Source: Diplonema japonicum | Lineage: Eukaryota; Protista; Euglenozoa: Diplonemea | Direction: 5' to 3' | Assembly (NCBI GenBank): GCA_964019335.1 | Contig: OZ025654.1 | Span: forward strand, 558,001 to 622,000 | DNA: 64,000 nt | Shown: in pieces, positions 1 to 11,486 of the stretch | Position numbering within the stretch: position 1 is the stretch's first letter | How the letters are laid out: each line of letters starts with the position of its first letter | Notes under the pieces: generated by a model | The model's database searches: none | The model's input: the letters and a program-made list of their open reading frames with translations, nothing else | What the model was told of the DNA's origin: nothing | Program-made: the position numbers and the translations under genes

Positions 1-440
1 AAGTCGTGCGGGGCGGAGACAACGGGCCATGCTGATGCATCGTAAGCAACTTCTTTGAAGGTGTAGTCTCGTTGGAAGGGCGTTGATGCAGTGCGCTGCC
101 CGCCGATCCAGTGCGACGATGCTGGCTGGGAGCACACCGCATCTGCCCCACCGTGGAGGCACGTCCTGTCACCGTCCTGCTGCCACACCATGCACTCTGG
201 GTTGTAGCAGCATGCGATGTGACAATCACTAGGAGTGAATCTGTTCGGGTTTCTCTCCATGTTTGTACACGTCATCCCGCCCACATCCTTCTCAAACACA
301 CACCCCCCGGGCCCAGACCCACACCCTTTTGGATCGTCTCCGTAATGAAACCTCCATGCATTCCCAAACGGAACCTCCACTTTGCCCTCTGCGGCCACCA
401 ATGACACCGCAGCAGATGCCAGTACAATGGATAGCTTCAT
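1..440 (-). CDS. Glycoside hydrolase family 2 paralog, 5' part (continues off the window)
   Basis: ATG at 440 (MKLSIVLASAAVSL). Near-identical to 10232-10671 except a diverged Cys-rich patch at about 109-272. Confidence 0.85.
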   Translation of the reverse strand, partial: MKLSIVLASAAVSLVAAEGKVEVPFGNAWRFHYGDDPKGCGSGPGGCVFEKDVGGMTCTNMERNPNRFTPSDCHIACCYNPECMVWQQDGDRTCLHGGADAVCSQPASSHWIGGQRTASTPFQRDYTFKEVAYDASAWPVVSAPHD

Positions 441-699
441 TCTCCCCCCTTTTTTTCTCCTTATTATTCTTTCTTTTTACAAGAAAATGACCGCCGCGAG
501 CAAACGAAAAATAGGGAGAAGAAACAAGAAGTCAGAAAAGAAAGAAAGAAACATGGCATGGGAAAAAGGGACTGCTCACGTTAAGCCACTCAGCGCAACA
601 AAACACAAAAACACGATTCATATTTTTTCCCTCCCATGATAAACACCCCTAACCCTAATGGCCTAATGGGGCACTGAATGAAGTAAAAAAAAAAAAAAA

Positions 700-2157
700 T
701 ATATATATGAGTTAAAGGAAGTCTTTGTGAGACGCCCCCTTGTTCTCATGCTCTACCTGCACCTATCCCCCTTCAGCAGCGGTTTCTCCTTCTTCGGTGG
801 TCGTGCCGGCCTCCTCCCCAGCTTGGCTACTTTTTCCCTTCTTTCCTTTGCCCATTGCTTCCCCAGCTCCTCCAGGTCGTACTTGGTCTTCGTTGATGCA
901 AAGATTGCTCTTCTACTCCACCCGATCGCCGCCTTCGTCCCTCCGATTGATCGCAGCGTATGTACTCTCTTGCATGGTTCAGCAGGGAAGGCCCTCCTTC
1001 CTTTCACCTTCTTCTGCAGTCTCCCTAGTTCCCATGTGTTCCACACCTTCTTCATCACCGTGTGCAGTCTCCTGGCCTTCTGTCGCACCTCTGCCAACTC
1101 CCCTAGCTTCCCTCCAAGGGATTTCTGGGTCACGTTTTCGAAATCCAGCGCCAGCTCCACCGTCGACACTGCCGTGCTTCTGTTCCCTCCATACCAGCGC
1201 AGCTGCTTGAGCCATTTCAGCACCGGTTTCGTGTACTCCTTCAGGGTGTTGCCGGTCTGCAGCCTCGCGAACTCCTCCTCTGTTGGTGCTGGGTGTGCCT
1301 CCCCCTCCGTGATCTCCAGCCATTGGTGTGTCCGGTAGATCTGCTGCCTCTTTGCCTGCAGGGCTGCGTCGCGTTCCCCCACCACAGCCAGCAGGTAACG
1401 CTGGGTCTTCTCGAGCCTGTCCTTGTCCTCCTTGGCCGCTTCCCTCGGGAGGATGCCATGGAGCCTCATGCACGGTTCTAGGCCTGTTCGTGTCGTGCCT
1501 GCATGTGCCTCCCGTTGCCCTACTTCGACAGCCAGTTCGCACTCCCACAGTGCATGCTCCAGGATGTTGGATACCTGTTGCATCTGACCGCATACGTCGC
1601 AGCGTGCCGTTGCGGGTTCGTCCTGCTGCCTCTGCTCCGCCAGCAGCATGCGCTCCAGCTCCGCGACTTCCCCTTCTCCTCCCGCCTCTCTTTCTTCTTC
1701 GTCTTCTGAGTCGTCTCGGGAATCTTCTTCGTCCACCTCATCCTCCGTCGGTGGGATGTGTGCCACTGCGTCCGTCCGCCATCCCCGTGGGTGGATGTAG
1801 AAAACCGCGCCTGTGATCACCCTGCGTAGGTTCCTTGCTGCGATGGGGTCCGACGACGCCAGCTTCCCCCATAGCTCGTTTGTCTCGACAGCGGCTGCCG
1901 TCGCCATTCCTTTCATGGAGCTCCGTTTTCCCATGATGGCCTCCGCTTCACCACGCCTGAGCTTGTCTCTGATGTAGTGTCGGAACCGCTCCTTCTCCAT
2001 GGCCTTGGTGTCCTTCAGCTGGTCCCAGGTTGCTTGCACCATGGGTAGCCACCTCTGCTTCAGGTTTCCCACCAGGCCCAGCGCCTTCTTCCCTTCCCGG
2101 TACAGCTTTGCGATGTCGTTGCAGCGTGCCCACAGTTGGTCGTCCTTCCTGCATGCC
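700..2157 (-). mobile_element. 5'-truncated non-LTR retrotransposon (Ingi/Vingi-like family 1, subfamily a)
   Basis: Open frame 753-2157 is homologous to the C-terminus of the element at 2543-7225: CCHC-type finger CDVC..HALWEC, TVELALDFENV motif, same 3' UTR. Confidence 0.85.
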
Positions 2158-2542
2158 TGAAAAAAAGAAGAGACATTTAAAAAGATTTAAAGAGTAAAGT
2201 AGAAGCATTCGTTCCATTTTATTTATTCGGTGAATGAACGTAGCTTTTTCTTTTCTCTTTCCAAAGGAAGAAAAAGTATTCTCAAGCAGTGGTTAAGTTG
2301 TTTTGTCAATACTAAAGAATAATATTACGACTTATGCCCCTTGTTGTTTTGCATGTAAAGAACTTGTCCCGATTTTAGTGGCGCCAGTATGTGACACGGC
2401 GGCCACCCTCGTGACAAAGGGAGAGGCACAGAAACACTAACAAGAGGGGATGTTGGGAGGCATGCTTCACTGGCACAAGGCCGCAGATGCTTGCCAGACC
2501 TAGTGAAACCACCTCCTTGTTCGATGTTCAATGTAAAAAAAA

Positions 2543-5500
2543 TATATGAGTTAAAGGAAGTCTTTGTGAGACGCCCCCTTGTTCTCATCTTCTACCTGCA
2601 CCTATCCCCTTTCAGCAGCGGGTTCTCCTCCTTTGGTGGTCTTGCCGGCCTTCTCCCCAGCCTGGCCGCTCTTTCTCTTCGTTCTCTCGCCCATTGTCCT
2701 TTCAATGCCTCTAGGTCATGCTTGGTCTTCGGTGATGCAAATATCGCCCTCCTGTTCCATCCGATCACCGCCTTTGTCCTCCCGATGGATCGTAGTGTGT
2801 GCACCCTTGTGCTCGGCTCAGCTGGGAAGGCCCTCCTTCCTTTCACCTTCTCAGTACCCTCCCTAGCTCCCATGTGTGCCAGATCTTCTTCATCAGTCCA
2901 TGCAATCTCCTCGCTTTCTGCTGTACTTCTGCGAGATCCCCCAGCTTCCCTCCAAGGGTCTTCCCGGTCACGTTCTCGAAATCCAGTGCCAGCTCCACCG
3001 TCGACACTGACGTGTTTCTGCTGCCTGCATACCAGCGCAGTTGCCGCATCCACCTCAGCACCTCCTTCGTGTACTCCCGTAGGACATCCCCTGCCGGTAG
3101 CTTGCCGAAGTCCTTGTCCGACGGTACTGGGTGTTCTTGACCTTGTGTGATCTCCAGCCACTGGTGTGTGTGGTACACCTCCTGCCTCTTCGCTTGTAGG
3201 GCTGCGTCCCGCTCCCCCACCACCGCCAGCAGGTACCTCTGCGTTCCTTCGAGCCTTTCCCTGACATCCTTCCCTGCTCCCCTTGGCAGGATGCCATGCA
3301 GCTTCGTACACGGTTCCAGCCCCCTGCGCGTCATGCCTTCGTGTTCTTCCCGCTGTTGCACTTCCTTGGCCTTTTCGCACTCCCACAGTGCGTGCTCCAG
3401 CATGTTGGGCAGCTGTTGCTCCTGACCGCAGATGTCGCAGTGTGCCGTCGTGGGTTCGGCCTGCTTAGCTTCTTGCTTCCTCGCCTCCGCAATCAGCCAC
3501 TTTTCGGTGTCCTGTCCTTTCTCTTCTTCTTCTTCTTGTTCATCTTCAGCCTCGTCTTCTTCTCCTTCCGCCATCGGGATGTGCTCCACCGTGTCCGTGC
3601 GCCATCCCCGTGGGTTGATGTAGAACACTGCCCCCGAGATGATCCTTCGCACATCCCTTGCTGCAATCGGGTCCGTCACCACCAGCGTCCTCCACAGCGC
3701 GTTGGTCTCCGCTGCTGCCGCAGCTTCCATGCCCCCCATGGTGCTCCGTTTGCTCATGATTTCCTGTGCTTCCGTCCGCCTGAGTCGGTCCCTGATGTAG
3801 TGCTTGTAGGGCTCCTTTTCCAGTGCGTGGGTGTCCTTCAGCTGTGCCCAGCTTAACTTGATCTGAGGCAGCCACCTTTCCATCATGATGCCCACCGGTC
3901 CCAGCGGTATCTTCTTCCCGCTGTACCGTTTGGCAATGGCGTCGCAGCGTGTCCACAGCTTGTCGTCCTTCTTGCAGGCTCTGTATAGGGGAGCATAAGT
4001 GCTCTGTATGCGGCTGTCATCTGTGGGTGGCTCGTGTGTCCCGGCAGTGTCACGGATAGTACTGTGCCTGGGTTCCTGGTGCAGTACTTCTGCCCCCAGA
4101 GCGTGTACGTGGTCTCCTTCACCAGCGTGGCCATTTGTCCCGTTTTCGGCGGTGAGAATGGGCAGTCGTAGAGGCAGCTCGGTAGGATCGTGCTGCTGAT
4201 GATCTTCGCCTTCTGCTGAAAGGACAACGGCGTTGCTCCCAGCCTGCTCAGCGTCCCGAGTGCCTCCGCCGTCCTGTCGCCGTTGGTTTGCGGCCTGCCG
4301 TCTGTCCGCAGCTTGGCTCCCAGTACTCCTACAGTCCGTGTCGGCTGCAGTTCCTCGCCTTTCACCTTCACCTCCGGTGTCTTCCTGTTCACTGCAAAGG
4401 TCTTCGTCTTCCTGGTGTTGAGCTTCATCCCCACCTGTTTGCAGAAGGCTTTCACTGCGTCTACGCCTTCCTGCAACGCCGCACCGAGCCGTGCCAAGAG
4501 GTATGCATCGTCCGCGTAAGACAGCGAGCGGACCCCTGTGTCGTTCTCCACCTGCTTCATTAGTACCGCCAACAGCGCGTTGATGAGTACCACTGAAATC
4601 GGGCATCCCTGAAGGATTCCATTGGTTGTGTGGAACTCCTCCCCCACGCCTGCTGCGTACCTGAACCGTCTTCGCATGCCTGCGTACATTCCTTTCAGTG
4701 CCCTGAGGATGCCTGTGTCCATGCCCATGTCCTCCACCAGCTCCAGAACCAGCTGTTGCGGTACACTGTCAAAGCATTTCGCAAAGTCGAGTGCCACCCC
4801 GACTTTTCCCCTCCAGAATGGATTCTTCGATGTCAAGGGCGAGGTCCAAAAGTGCGTCCTCTGTCCCGAAACCAGTGCGGAATCCGTATTGCTTGTCGTG
4901 TATCCATTTCTCCTGCCAGATGAGGATATCAGACAGTCGCGCGCATGCCCAGAGTCTGTACACCGCAGATGTGACTGTGATAGGCCTGTGCTCCAGTGGT
5001 CCCGCATCGTCGCACTTCGGTACGAGGGTAACCAGTGCCGTTTTCATGGCTTCCGGCCACCTCCCCGTTGCTTCGATCGCATGGAAGAGCATCGCCCAGG
5101 CGTCTAGTACTGACTCTGGTAGTTTCCGTAGCTCTAGCATCCTCCACCCGTCGATGCCGCGCTTTTCTTGCTTTTCTTTCTGAGCACTTCCCTCAGCCTT
5201 GCTCCCGTCAGTTGTGTCCTCTCCATCTCATGCCGTTGCACGAACTTGCTGTACTTTGCCTTGAAGGGGGCATAGAGGGGCTCCGGTCGGGACTCGTATT
5301 TCGCAAAGACGGTCTTCCACGCCTTGCGCATGACGCTGTCGATCAGTCCGGGGGACGCAAAGAGCACCATCCCTTCCTTGACCGCCCTGGTTCCGTCGCT
5401 TTGACGATTGCCTTTCGCGACTTTTACCAGTCTTGTTGTCTCGCGTCCTGCTGCAACCTCGGCCAGGTATTCTCGTCTCCGTGACGTGTTCGCCTCGGTC

Positions 5501-7225
5501 CTTTTCTTCCGTTCCTCAGCTGCAATTGCGTCTTCCATGTTCAGCGCTGCTGCCAGCATGTCCTCTATGAGAACAGCGTCGTGCGGCACCGGTTCAGCTG
5601 GTACTGCCAGAGCCTTTGCTTCCCTGTTCACGTTTCTTATCGTGTTCAGGGTCGGCTTGCTTAGCCCCTTGTCCTCAACTGCTTGCTCGAGCTGTTGTTG
5701 CAGTGTCCGCGTCTTGAGCTTCAGCTTTTCCAGTCGCGCTTGCCATGTTGTAGCTGCACCCACCGTTCCCGTCGTCGTTGGTGCACACACTTCCTTCTCC
5801 TTTGTGCTGGTGTGTTTGCCTCTTCCGACGTACGCTGCCCTCCCCGGCGTCCCCACTGGTTGGTCTATGAGGAGGTCTTCGGTGCACCGGGAGAGGGTCT
5901 CGAAGGCTTTTGTTATATTTCCTTCGTGCAGGTACTGTCGGAATCCGGCTGCTTCCACTGCTTCGGCTCCTTGTTCTTCCGTTGGCTCATCTGCCGTCTC
6001 CAGACCCCTCGGCAGCATGTATCGTTGTACCGTCATCCTGAATCTGTCGAGCTCAAGTGCAACCGTCAGTGTCCGGTGATCCGTCCCCTTGATCGCTTGG
6101 TTCACTTGGCATCCGGTGATGGCCGGTACTGCCTCCGGACTTGCCAGTATCCTGTCGATCCGCGTGGCGCAGTTCTCCCGTACAAACGTTGGATCAGGTT
6201 GTTTCCCTCTCCATTTTGCGCATAGGTCCGCTGTGTCCGCCCATCCTGCCTGCAGTGCCTTCCGCAGTTCCGGGGATCTTGCCTCGTCGGTGTTGAAGTC
6301 GCCAACGACGAGTATTGGCACATTGCCGAGCTCCTTCGCCTTCTTCCGCAGGATGTAGTGGAGGAGGGTCTCCCTCTTTGCGGTCTCTTCACGTCCTGTT
6401 CCTGCCGGGCAGTATATCGATATGATATGTAGCCATCTGCGTTTGCCATCGATTGCGACCTGAGTGTGCAGCCACCTCCTGCGTTGTTCTTCAGATTGGT
6501 CGTTGGTGTCCAGAGAACCTGGCAATGCTGTCCTGGGTTCTCGGATTAGGGTTGCCAGTCCTCCCCTCTGAGCTACCCAGTTCGAAGCGATTCCCTCCAC
6601 CTTCCTTCCCGGCTGCGGCGGTCCCCACATCGGCTTCCACTTCTTCTTCGTCTTCTTCCCGAGCTCCCGCTCCATCTCCTGCTGCCCAGCTAAGGTCAGC
6701 GCCGTCTCCTGCGTGCAGATCACGTCGACGTCCAGCTTCGTCGTAACCTCCTCTATTTGGTTGCGTAGGGAGGCCACGTTCACTGTCGACACGTACATGT
6801 TGGGCCCAGGGTTCGGATGTATCCCCTGCGCCGTGAGCCTCGCGAAGTCCTCTTCCTCCTCTGACCCCGGTTTCCGCCTCCCCGTTTTCAGTTAGGGAGG
6901 TTTCCAATGCAGCTCACGCATTGTTCCCGCCTGCAGTTCTCCATGGCGCACACCCTCGCCCTCCTGCCTTTCAGCTGGCCATGACATGACCCGCATTGAC
7001 CCTGTGAGGCTTGGTAGGTCGCAGACCAAGCATGGACATGCACCTTCTGCTTCTTCTTCTCCTTGCCTTGCAGCTTCCCTTCCGACGAGGTTGTTGGCTT
7101 CCTGTGGCCGGGGCTGCTGGGGTCGGGCTTCTTCGGCGACGGAGAGGGTGAGGGAGTCTGGCTCCTCTGTCACTTCGGTGACGCTGCCTTGTTCGTGTTC
7201 GTGTTCGTGCTTGTCTTTTTCGGGG
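2543..7225 (-). mobile_element. Near full-length but defective non-LTR retrotransposon: 2A-like / APE endonuclease / RT / Zn finger
   Basis: APE motifs (STVNVASL, CTQET, GDFN, RIDRI, TDH) in 5134-6798. RT motifs (RPITV, LDFAKCFDSV, GILQGCPIS, YADD) in 3883-5140. Zn finger near 3400. Frameshifts near 5140, 4800, 3990 and 2850, plus a TAA at 6892-6894. No RNase H domain recognised. Confidence 0.92.
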
Positions 7226-7947
7226 AAAAAAAAAAAAAAAAAGAAGAAATAAACGCTAGAAAGCTCTCAGCACAAAGTGCATAAGGTAGTAAAATCTTCT
7301 TAAACCTTTGAAAGAAAACAGATGAAAAAGAAAGAAGTTCTTTATGAATTGCAATGTGTAGGTTCCATACCAGGGATGGAGCGAAACAACATCACAACAC
7401 GGAAATCTCTTTTGCATCGCAAGGACAGAACAGCGTTATCTATGTCATGTCTGATCTCATACTCTGCTTCAAAATGAGACTTTATTCGATACAAGAAAGT
7501 GAAATTTGCTTGATTATGATTGCGAACACAAATAAAAATTGATTTAAAGAACACCATGTATTTATACTGTTTTCCCGACAAAAAGAAAGAACTTATAGAC
7601 ACCATCGGGGAGGCCCTATAATACTATTTCCAGACAATTTTCTGTTTTTTTTTTTAATACAAAAGATTGAGTACAAATACGGTGAAACAAAAAAAAAGAA
7701 ATTAACACGTTTGTTGGCGTTTTCCTTTTCCCCCACCCCTTGTTCTTCTACCTGTTTCACGCCTCGGTTCCGAGAGAGAGTTGGAGAAAGAAAAGGGGGA
7801 GGGGGGATATTCAGACGTTCTAATGTCGAGGCAGCATCTTAGGGTTAATAAAAACCCACCAGCCATTTTCGAGGAAACAAAAAAAAAAATAAGGATGCGA
7901 ATTTACACGAAAATAATAGAAAAGAAAGCAAGAACACCAGTTCAGTT

Positions 7948-10671
7948 TCAAGCTTGTATATCGGTGATGTATGAATAGTCCACATCTGGGGAGGCCTTGG
8001 CCACCTCCATCGGAGAGTCCTTGAAGTCTGCCGACGACGGGATGGTGAGGCTGGCAGGGGACAGTCCGTCGCAGTGAGCAGTGAGGACGATAGGCTCGGT
8101 GGGGCAGGTTGCTGCGTAGGTGACCGGACCAGACAGGCTGTCGATGCTGGCGGCCATCTCTCTCTCAGGGGAGGTGCAGTCGACGGTGGGCTGCACGAAG
8201 ACCCTGGCCAGACCCCCGTAGGTCAGGATGGTCTTCCCTTGGTTGTGCTGCTGGTTCGTTGTTTGCCCGCTCCCGACACCCGTCACCTTTGCAGGCCCTG
8301 TCACGCTGAAGGTGACGTTCCTTGCATCCCCCACAGCAACCCTCCCAGACCCATCAACGAGCTGCACTCTCACCATCGCAAGGTCCAACCCATCGAGGTA
8401 CAGCTTCTCCCCAGTCCCCGTCGCCTTCGAGGGGACATCGATCACAAGCTCCATCTCCGTCACAGAACCTGCCATCAGAACTGTGTGTTTCCCCACCACA
8501 GACCCGTTCTCCCACCCGAGGAGGGTCGCGTTCTTCACCCCGCCAGTGGAGACCTGCCACGTCGCGGTGCCGTCAGTGACTTGAATCTTCCCCTTGCTCG
8601 CCCCGTCCACAATGAGCTCCGCGTGGCTTGTCGACGCGACGCAGTCGAAAGACGTCGTCGGGGAGTACGCGTCTCCCAGAAGGTTCAGGATGCGCACAAC
8701 AGTCGTGTCCCCCGACACGAGCGGGCGGGACGGCGAGCTCTGGTTGACCATGGCAAGCCAGTTGTTTCGGTACCACCAAGCGTACGCCTTAGGGAACCCG
8801 GCAACGTCGAACTGCCCGAATGTGCACGACACAGCAGGCCAGTTGAACGACTCACCGAAGTAGTCCATCAATGTCCACACACCAATGGACCCAGAGACGT
8901 AGGGGAGCAGCCCAGGGGAGTTCTGACTGTCTTGGCAAGAGTCCGGGCTCAAACCACGATTGTGCTCGCGATCGCTATTGCAGGAGCAGCATTCCGACTG
9001 GACCAAAGGTGTAGAGGGGTTTGACTTATGGAAGTTGACAAAGCTACCACTCCCTTGGTGAGAGAACCCAACCACGTCTATGGACCTGGTAGGGCCTCTC
9101 GCGATAGAGTTTCCGTCCGCGAACATGTTTGCGGTGGTGGCGCGCTCAGGGTCGTAGAGCTTCGCTGCCTTCCTGAAGGCAACATGCGTATCATTCGAGA
9201 GCCATTTGTTGCACTCAAACTCATTGCAGAAGCTCCACACCATGATGGTGGGGTGGTTCCTGTGGTACTTCACCATGTCCGCCATCTCGTTCTTGTACTC
9301 GTACCCGTAGTCCCTGTTCTCGTCCCACGACATGAGCCCCACGTGGGTCAGAACCTCGTACAAGTCGTTGTTGTAAGGGTTGTGCGACATGCGCCAGAAG
9401 TTTCCCCCCAAAGCCTTCTGGCTCTGGGCCCGGAAGAGGGCGAGCCTCGTCGGCATCGCAACCCCGACACCTGCGAAGCTGTTGTGGTGGGAAAACCCGC
9501 GAAGCTGCATCTCCTCGTTGTTCAGGTACAGCTTCTGCTTCCAGTCAACAGTGCGCGCCGCCGTCGTCACGTTCACAGCGTCGCCCGCCATGGACACCAG
9601 CACGCGGTAAGTCTTCGGGTTCCGGACGCTCCACAGCTGCATCGCCGGGGAGGGCAACAGCATGAAGGTGGCGGTTGCAGTCCCCGACAAGGGGAGGCTC
9701 AGCAGCGTCGTGTTCTTCGCGAGAACGGAACCAGTCGCGTCGTCGTACAAAACAGCCGTGACCTCCTCCTGGGCCGACTTCCCCTCTTGCAGGTTCTCCG
9801 CCTCGACAGAAACCTTCAGGTACGTCCCGTCCGACTGGGGGTTCACAAAGACACCGCCGTGGACAAAGTGGGACTGCGGAACAGACACAAGCCTCACCTG
9901 GCGGTAGAGACCACCACCTTCATACCAATGTCCAGACCCGTACGAAGCGTCCACCCTCATCGAGATCACGTTCTTGGCCCCCGGTCCGTACTGCACAGAC
10001 GTGATGTTGTCGAGGCGGAGGGTGAATTGTGTGTACCCACATCGGTGGTCCATGGCGTGCTCCCCGTTGACGTAGATCTCTGTGAAGTGGAAAACACCAT
10101 CGAAGAAGATGTACACCGTCTGGCCTTGGAAGTCCTCCGGGAGGGTGAACTCTTTCCTGTACCATGACACGTTTCTGGGGAGGTACCCGTGGTGATTGTC
10201 TGTGGAGTTGACGAATGTCTGGTTGATGATGAAGTCGTGCGGGGCGGAGACAACGGGCCATGCTGATGCATCGTAAGCAACTTCTTTGAAGGTGTAGTCT
10301 CGTTGGAAGGGCGTTGATGCAGTGCGCTGCCCGCCGGTCCAGGGAGACCGTTTACCTGAGCACACTGTATTTTTCCCACCGTGCACGCATGTGTTGTTGG
10401 GTGCGTCCTGCTGCCACACCATGCACTCTGGGTTGTAGCAGCATGCGATGTGACAGTCTTGTGCGGTGTTCCTGTTCGGGTTCAGTTCCATGTTCGAGCA
10501 CCACATCCCGCCCACATCCTTCTCAAACACACACCCCCCGGGCCCAGACCCACACCCTTTTGGATCGTCTCCGTAATGAAACCTCCATGCATTCCCAAAC
10601 GGAACCTCCACTTTGCCCTCTGCGGCCACCAATGACACCGCAGCAGATGCCAGTACAATGGATAGCTTCAT
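7948..10671 (-). CDS. Secreted GH2 beta-galactosidase-like glycoside hydrolase
   Basis: Signal peptide; GH2 motifs SWYRKEF, FDGV, GGGLYR, RMSHNP, RNHPTIMVWSFCNE (acid/base Glu) and QSECC (nucleophile Glu); intronless, 907 aa. Confidence 0.93.
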   Translation of the reverse strand: MKLSIVLASAAVSLVAAEGKVEVPFGNAWRFHYGDDPKGCGSGPGGCVFEKDVGGMWCSNMELNPNRNTAQDCHIACCYNPECMVWQQDAPNNTCVHGGKNTVCSGKRSPWTGGQRTASTPFQRDYTFKEVAYDASAWPVVSAPHDFIINQTFVNSTDNHHGYLPRNVSWYRKEFTLPEDFQGQTVYIFFDGVFHFTEIYVNGEHAMDHRCGYTQFTLRLDNITSVQYGPGAKNVISMRVDASYGSGHWYEGGGLYRQVRLVSVPQSHFVHGGVFVNPQSDGTYLKVSVEAENLQEGKSAQEEVTAVLYDDATGSVLAKNTTLLSLPLSGTATATFMLLPSPAMQLWSVRNPKTYRVLVSMAGDAVNVTTAARTVDWKQKLYLNNEEMQLRGFSHHNSFAGVGVAMPTRLALFRAQSQKALGGNFWRMSHNPYNNDLYEVLTHVGLMSWDENRDYGYEYKNEMADMVKYHRNHPTIMVWSFCNEFECNKWLSNDTHVAFRKAAKLYDPERATTANMFADGNSIARGPTRSIDVVGFSHQGSGSFVNFHKSNPSTPLVQSECCSCNSDREHNRGLSPDSCQDSQNSPGLLPYVSGSIGVWTLMDYFGESFNWPAVSCTFGQFDVAGFPKAYAWWYRNNWLAMVNQSSPSRPLVSGDTTVVRILNLLGDAYSPTTSFDCVASTSHAELIVDGASKGKIQVTDGTATWQVSTGGVKNATLLGWENGSVVGKHTVLMAGSVTEMELVIDVPSKATGTGEKLYLDGLDLAMVRVQLVDGSGRVAVGDARNVTFSVTGPAKVTGVGSGQTTNQQHNQGKTILTYGGLARVFVQPTVDCTSPEREMAASIDSLSGPVTYAATCPTEPIVLTAHCDGLSPASLTIPSSADFKDSPMEVAKASPDVDYSYITDIQA

Positions 10672-11173
10672 ATTTAGTCCCTTTTTTACTTGCTTTCTTT
10701 CCCTCCTTTTGTGTTGTCATATCCACAGGCATTGTTGTCTTGACAAGGGATAAAAAAAAAAGAGTATGGAGGAGGGAAAAAAATGAATTCTTTCGTACGG
10801 CGCCCCCGTATTCACCCCCCTAAGAAAAAGAAAAGGCAATTATGGAATTGAAAAAAAGGGCGCACTAAACGAAATAGATTGTTCTCTCGCACCCACGTTG
10901 AGTACTAAACATGGCCACCCGAACTAGACTCAAAAAAGAACGGGGTGAATCGCAGGGGGCTTATAACAGGACAGGAAGCAAAGCGGGAAAAAAAAGGTGT
11001 CTCTGAAAAAAAGAATTCACCGTGATAGGAAACGAAGTGGGGGTGCATTTGCTTTGGTTTCTTTTTTTAAAGTGTTCGTTTATGTTTATTCAGTTGACTT
11101 AAGTAACAAAGATCTACTTGGGTACGGGTTTCTTGCGAGAACACCAAGCTAGACAGGATCAAAAGAAAAAAAG

Positions 11174-11371
11174 ATTCATTATCATAGGAACGAAGTGGTT
11201 AGCAATGGCCCGCCGCGGTGGCGTGCCTACCATATGATGCACCCCTTTTGGGGTCGTTCCCTGCTACCCACCGTAGTGCCTAGCTGATGTTTATCTTCCA
11301 ATCCTTTCTTTCCGGCAGCCCCTTCAGCTTGGTCGCCGTCAGCCCCGAAGCAAATAGGGCCCTTCTATCAA
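11174..11371 (-). mobile_element. 3'-end fragment of non-LTR family 2
   Basis: Aligns by eye to 59941-60155 (gaagtggttagcaa..gtggcgtgcctacc..ccctgctacccaccgtagtgcctagctg). Confidence 0.8.
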
Positions 11372-11486
11372 TGAAAAAAAAAAGAATCTCCCTCTCTTCC
11401 TTATTTCTTTTTTATTCTTAGTTGGCCCGAAAAAAAGCGCCCCAACACGAGAAGGTTGCTCCTGTATATTTCTTTTTTAATAATAA

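Noticed and set aside
647-658. CCCTAACCCTAA telomere-like repeat near a LINE end
   Set aside because: Only two units, which is expected by chance.
7200-7340. HDV-like ribozyme (Pr77-type) at the LINE 5' end
   Set aside because: No matching P1/P3/L3 pattern; the element appears to end at a T-tract.
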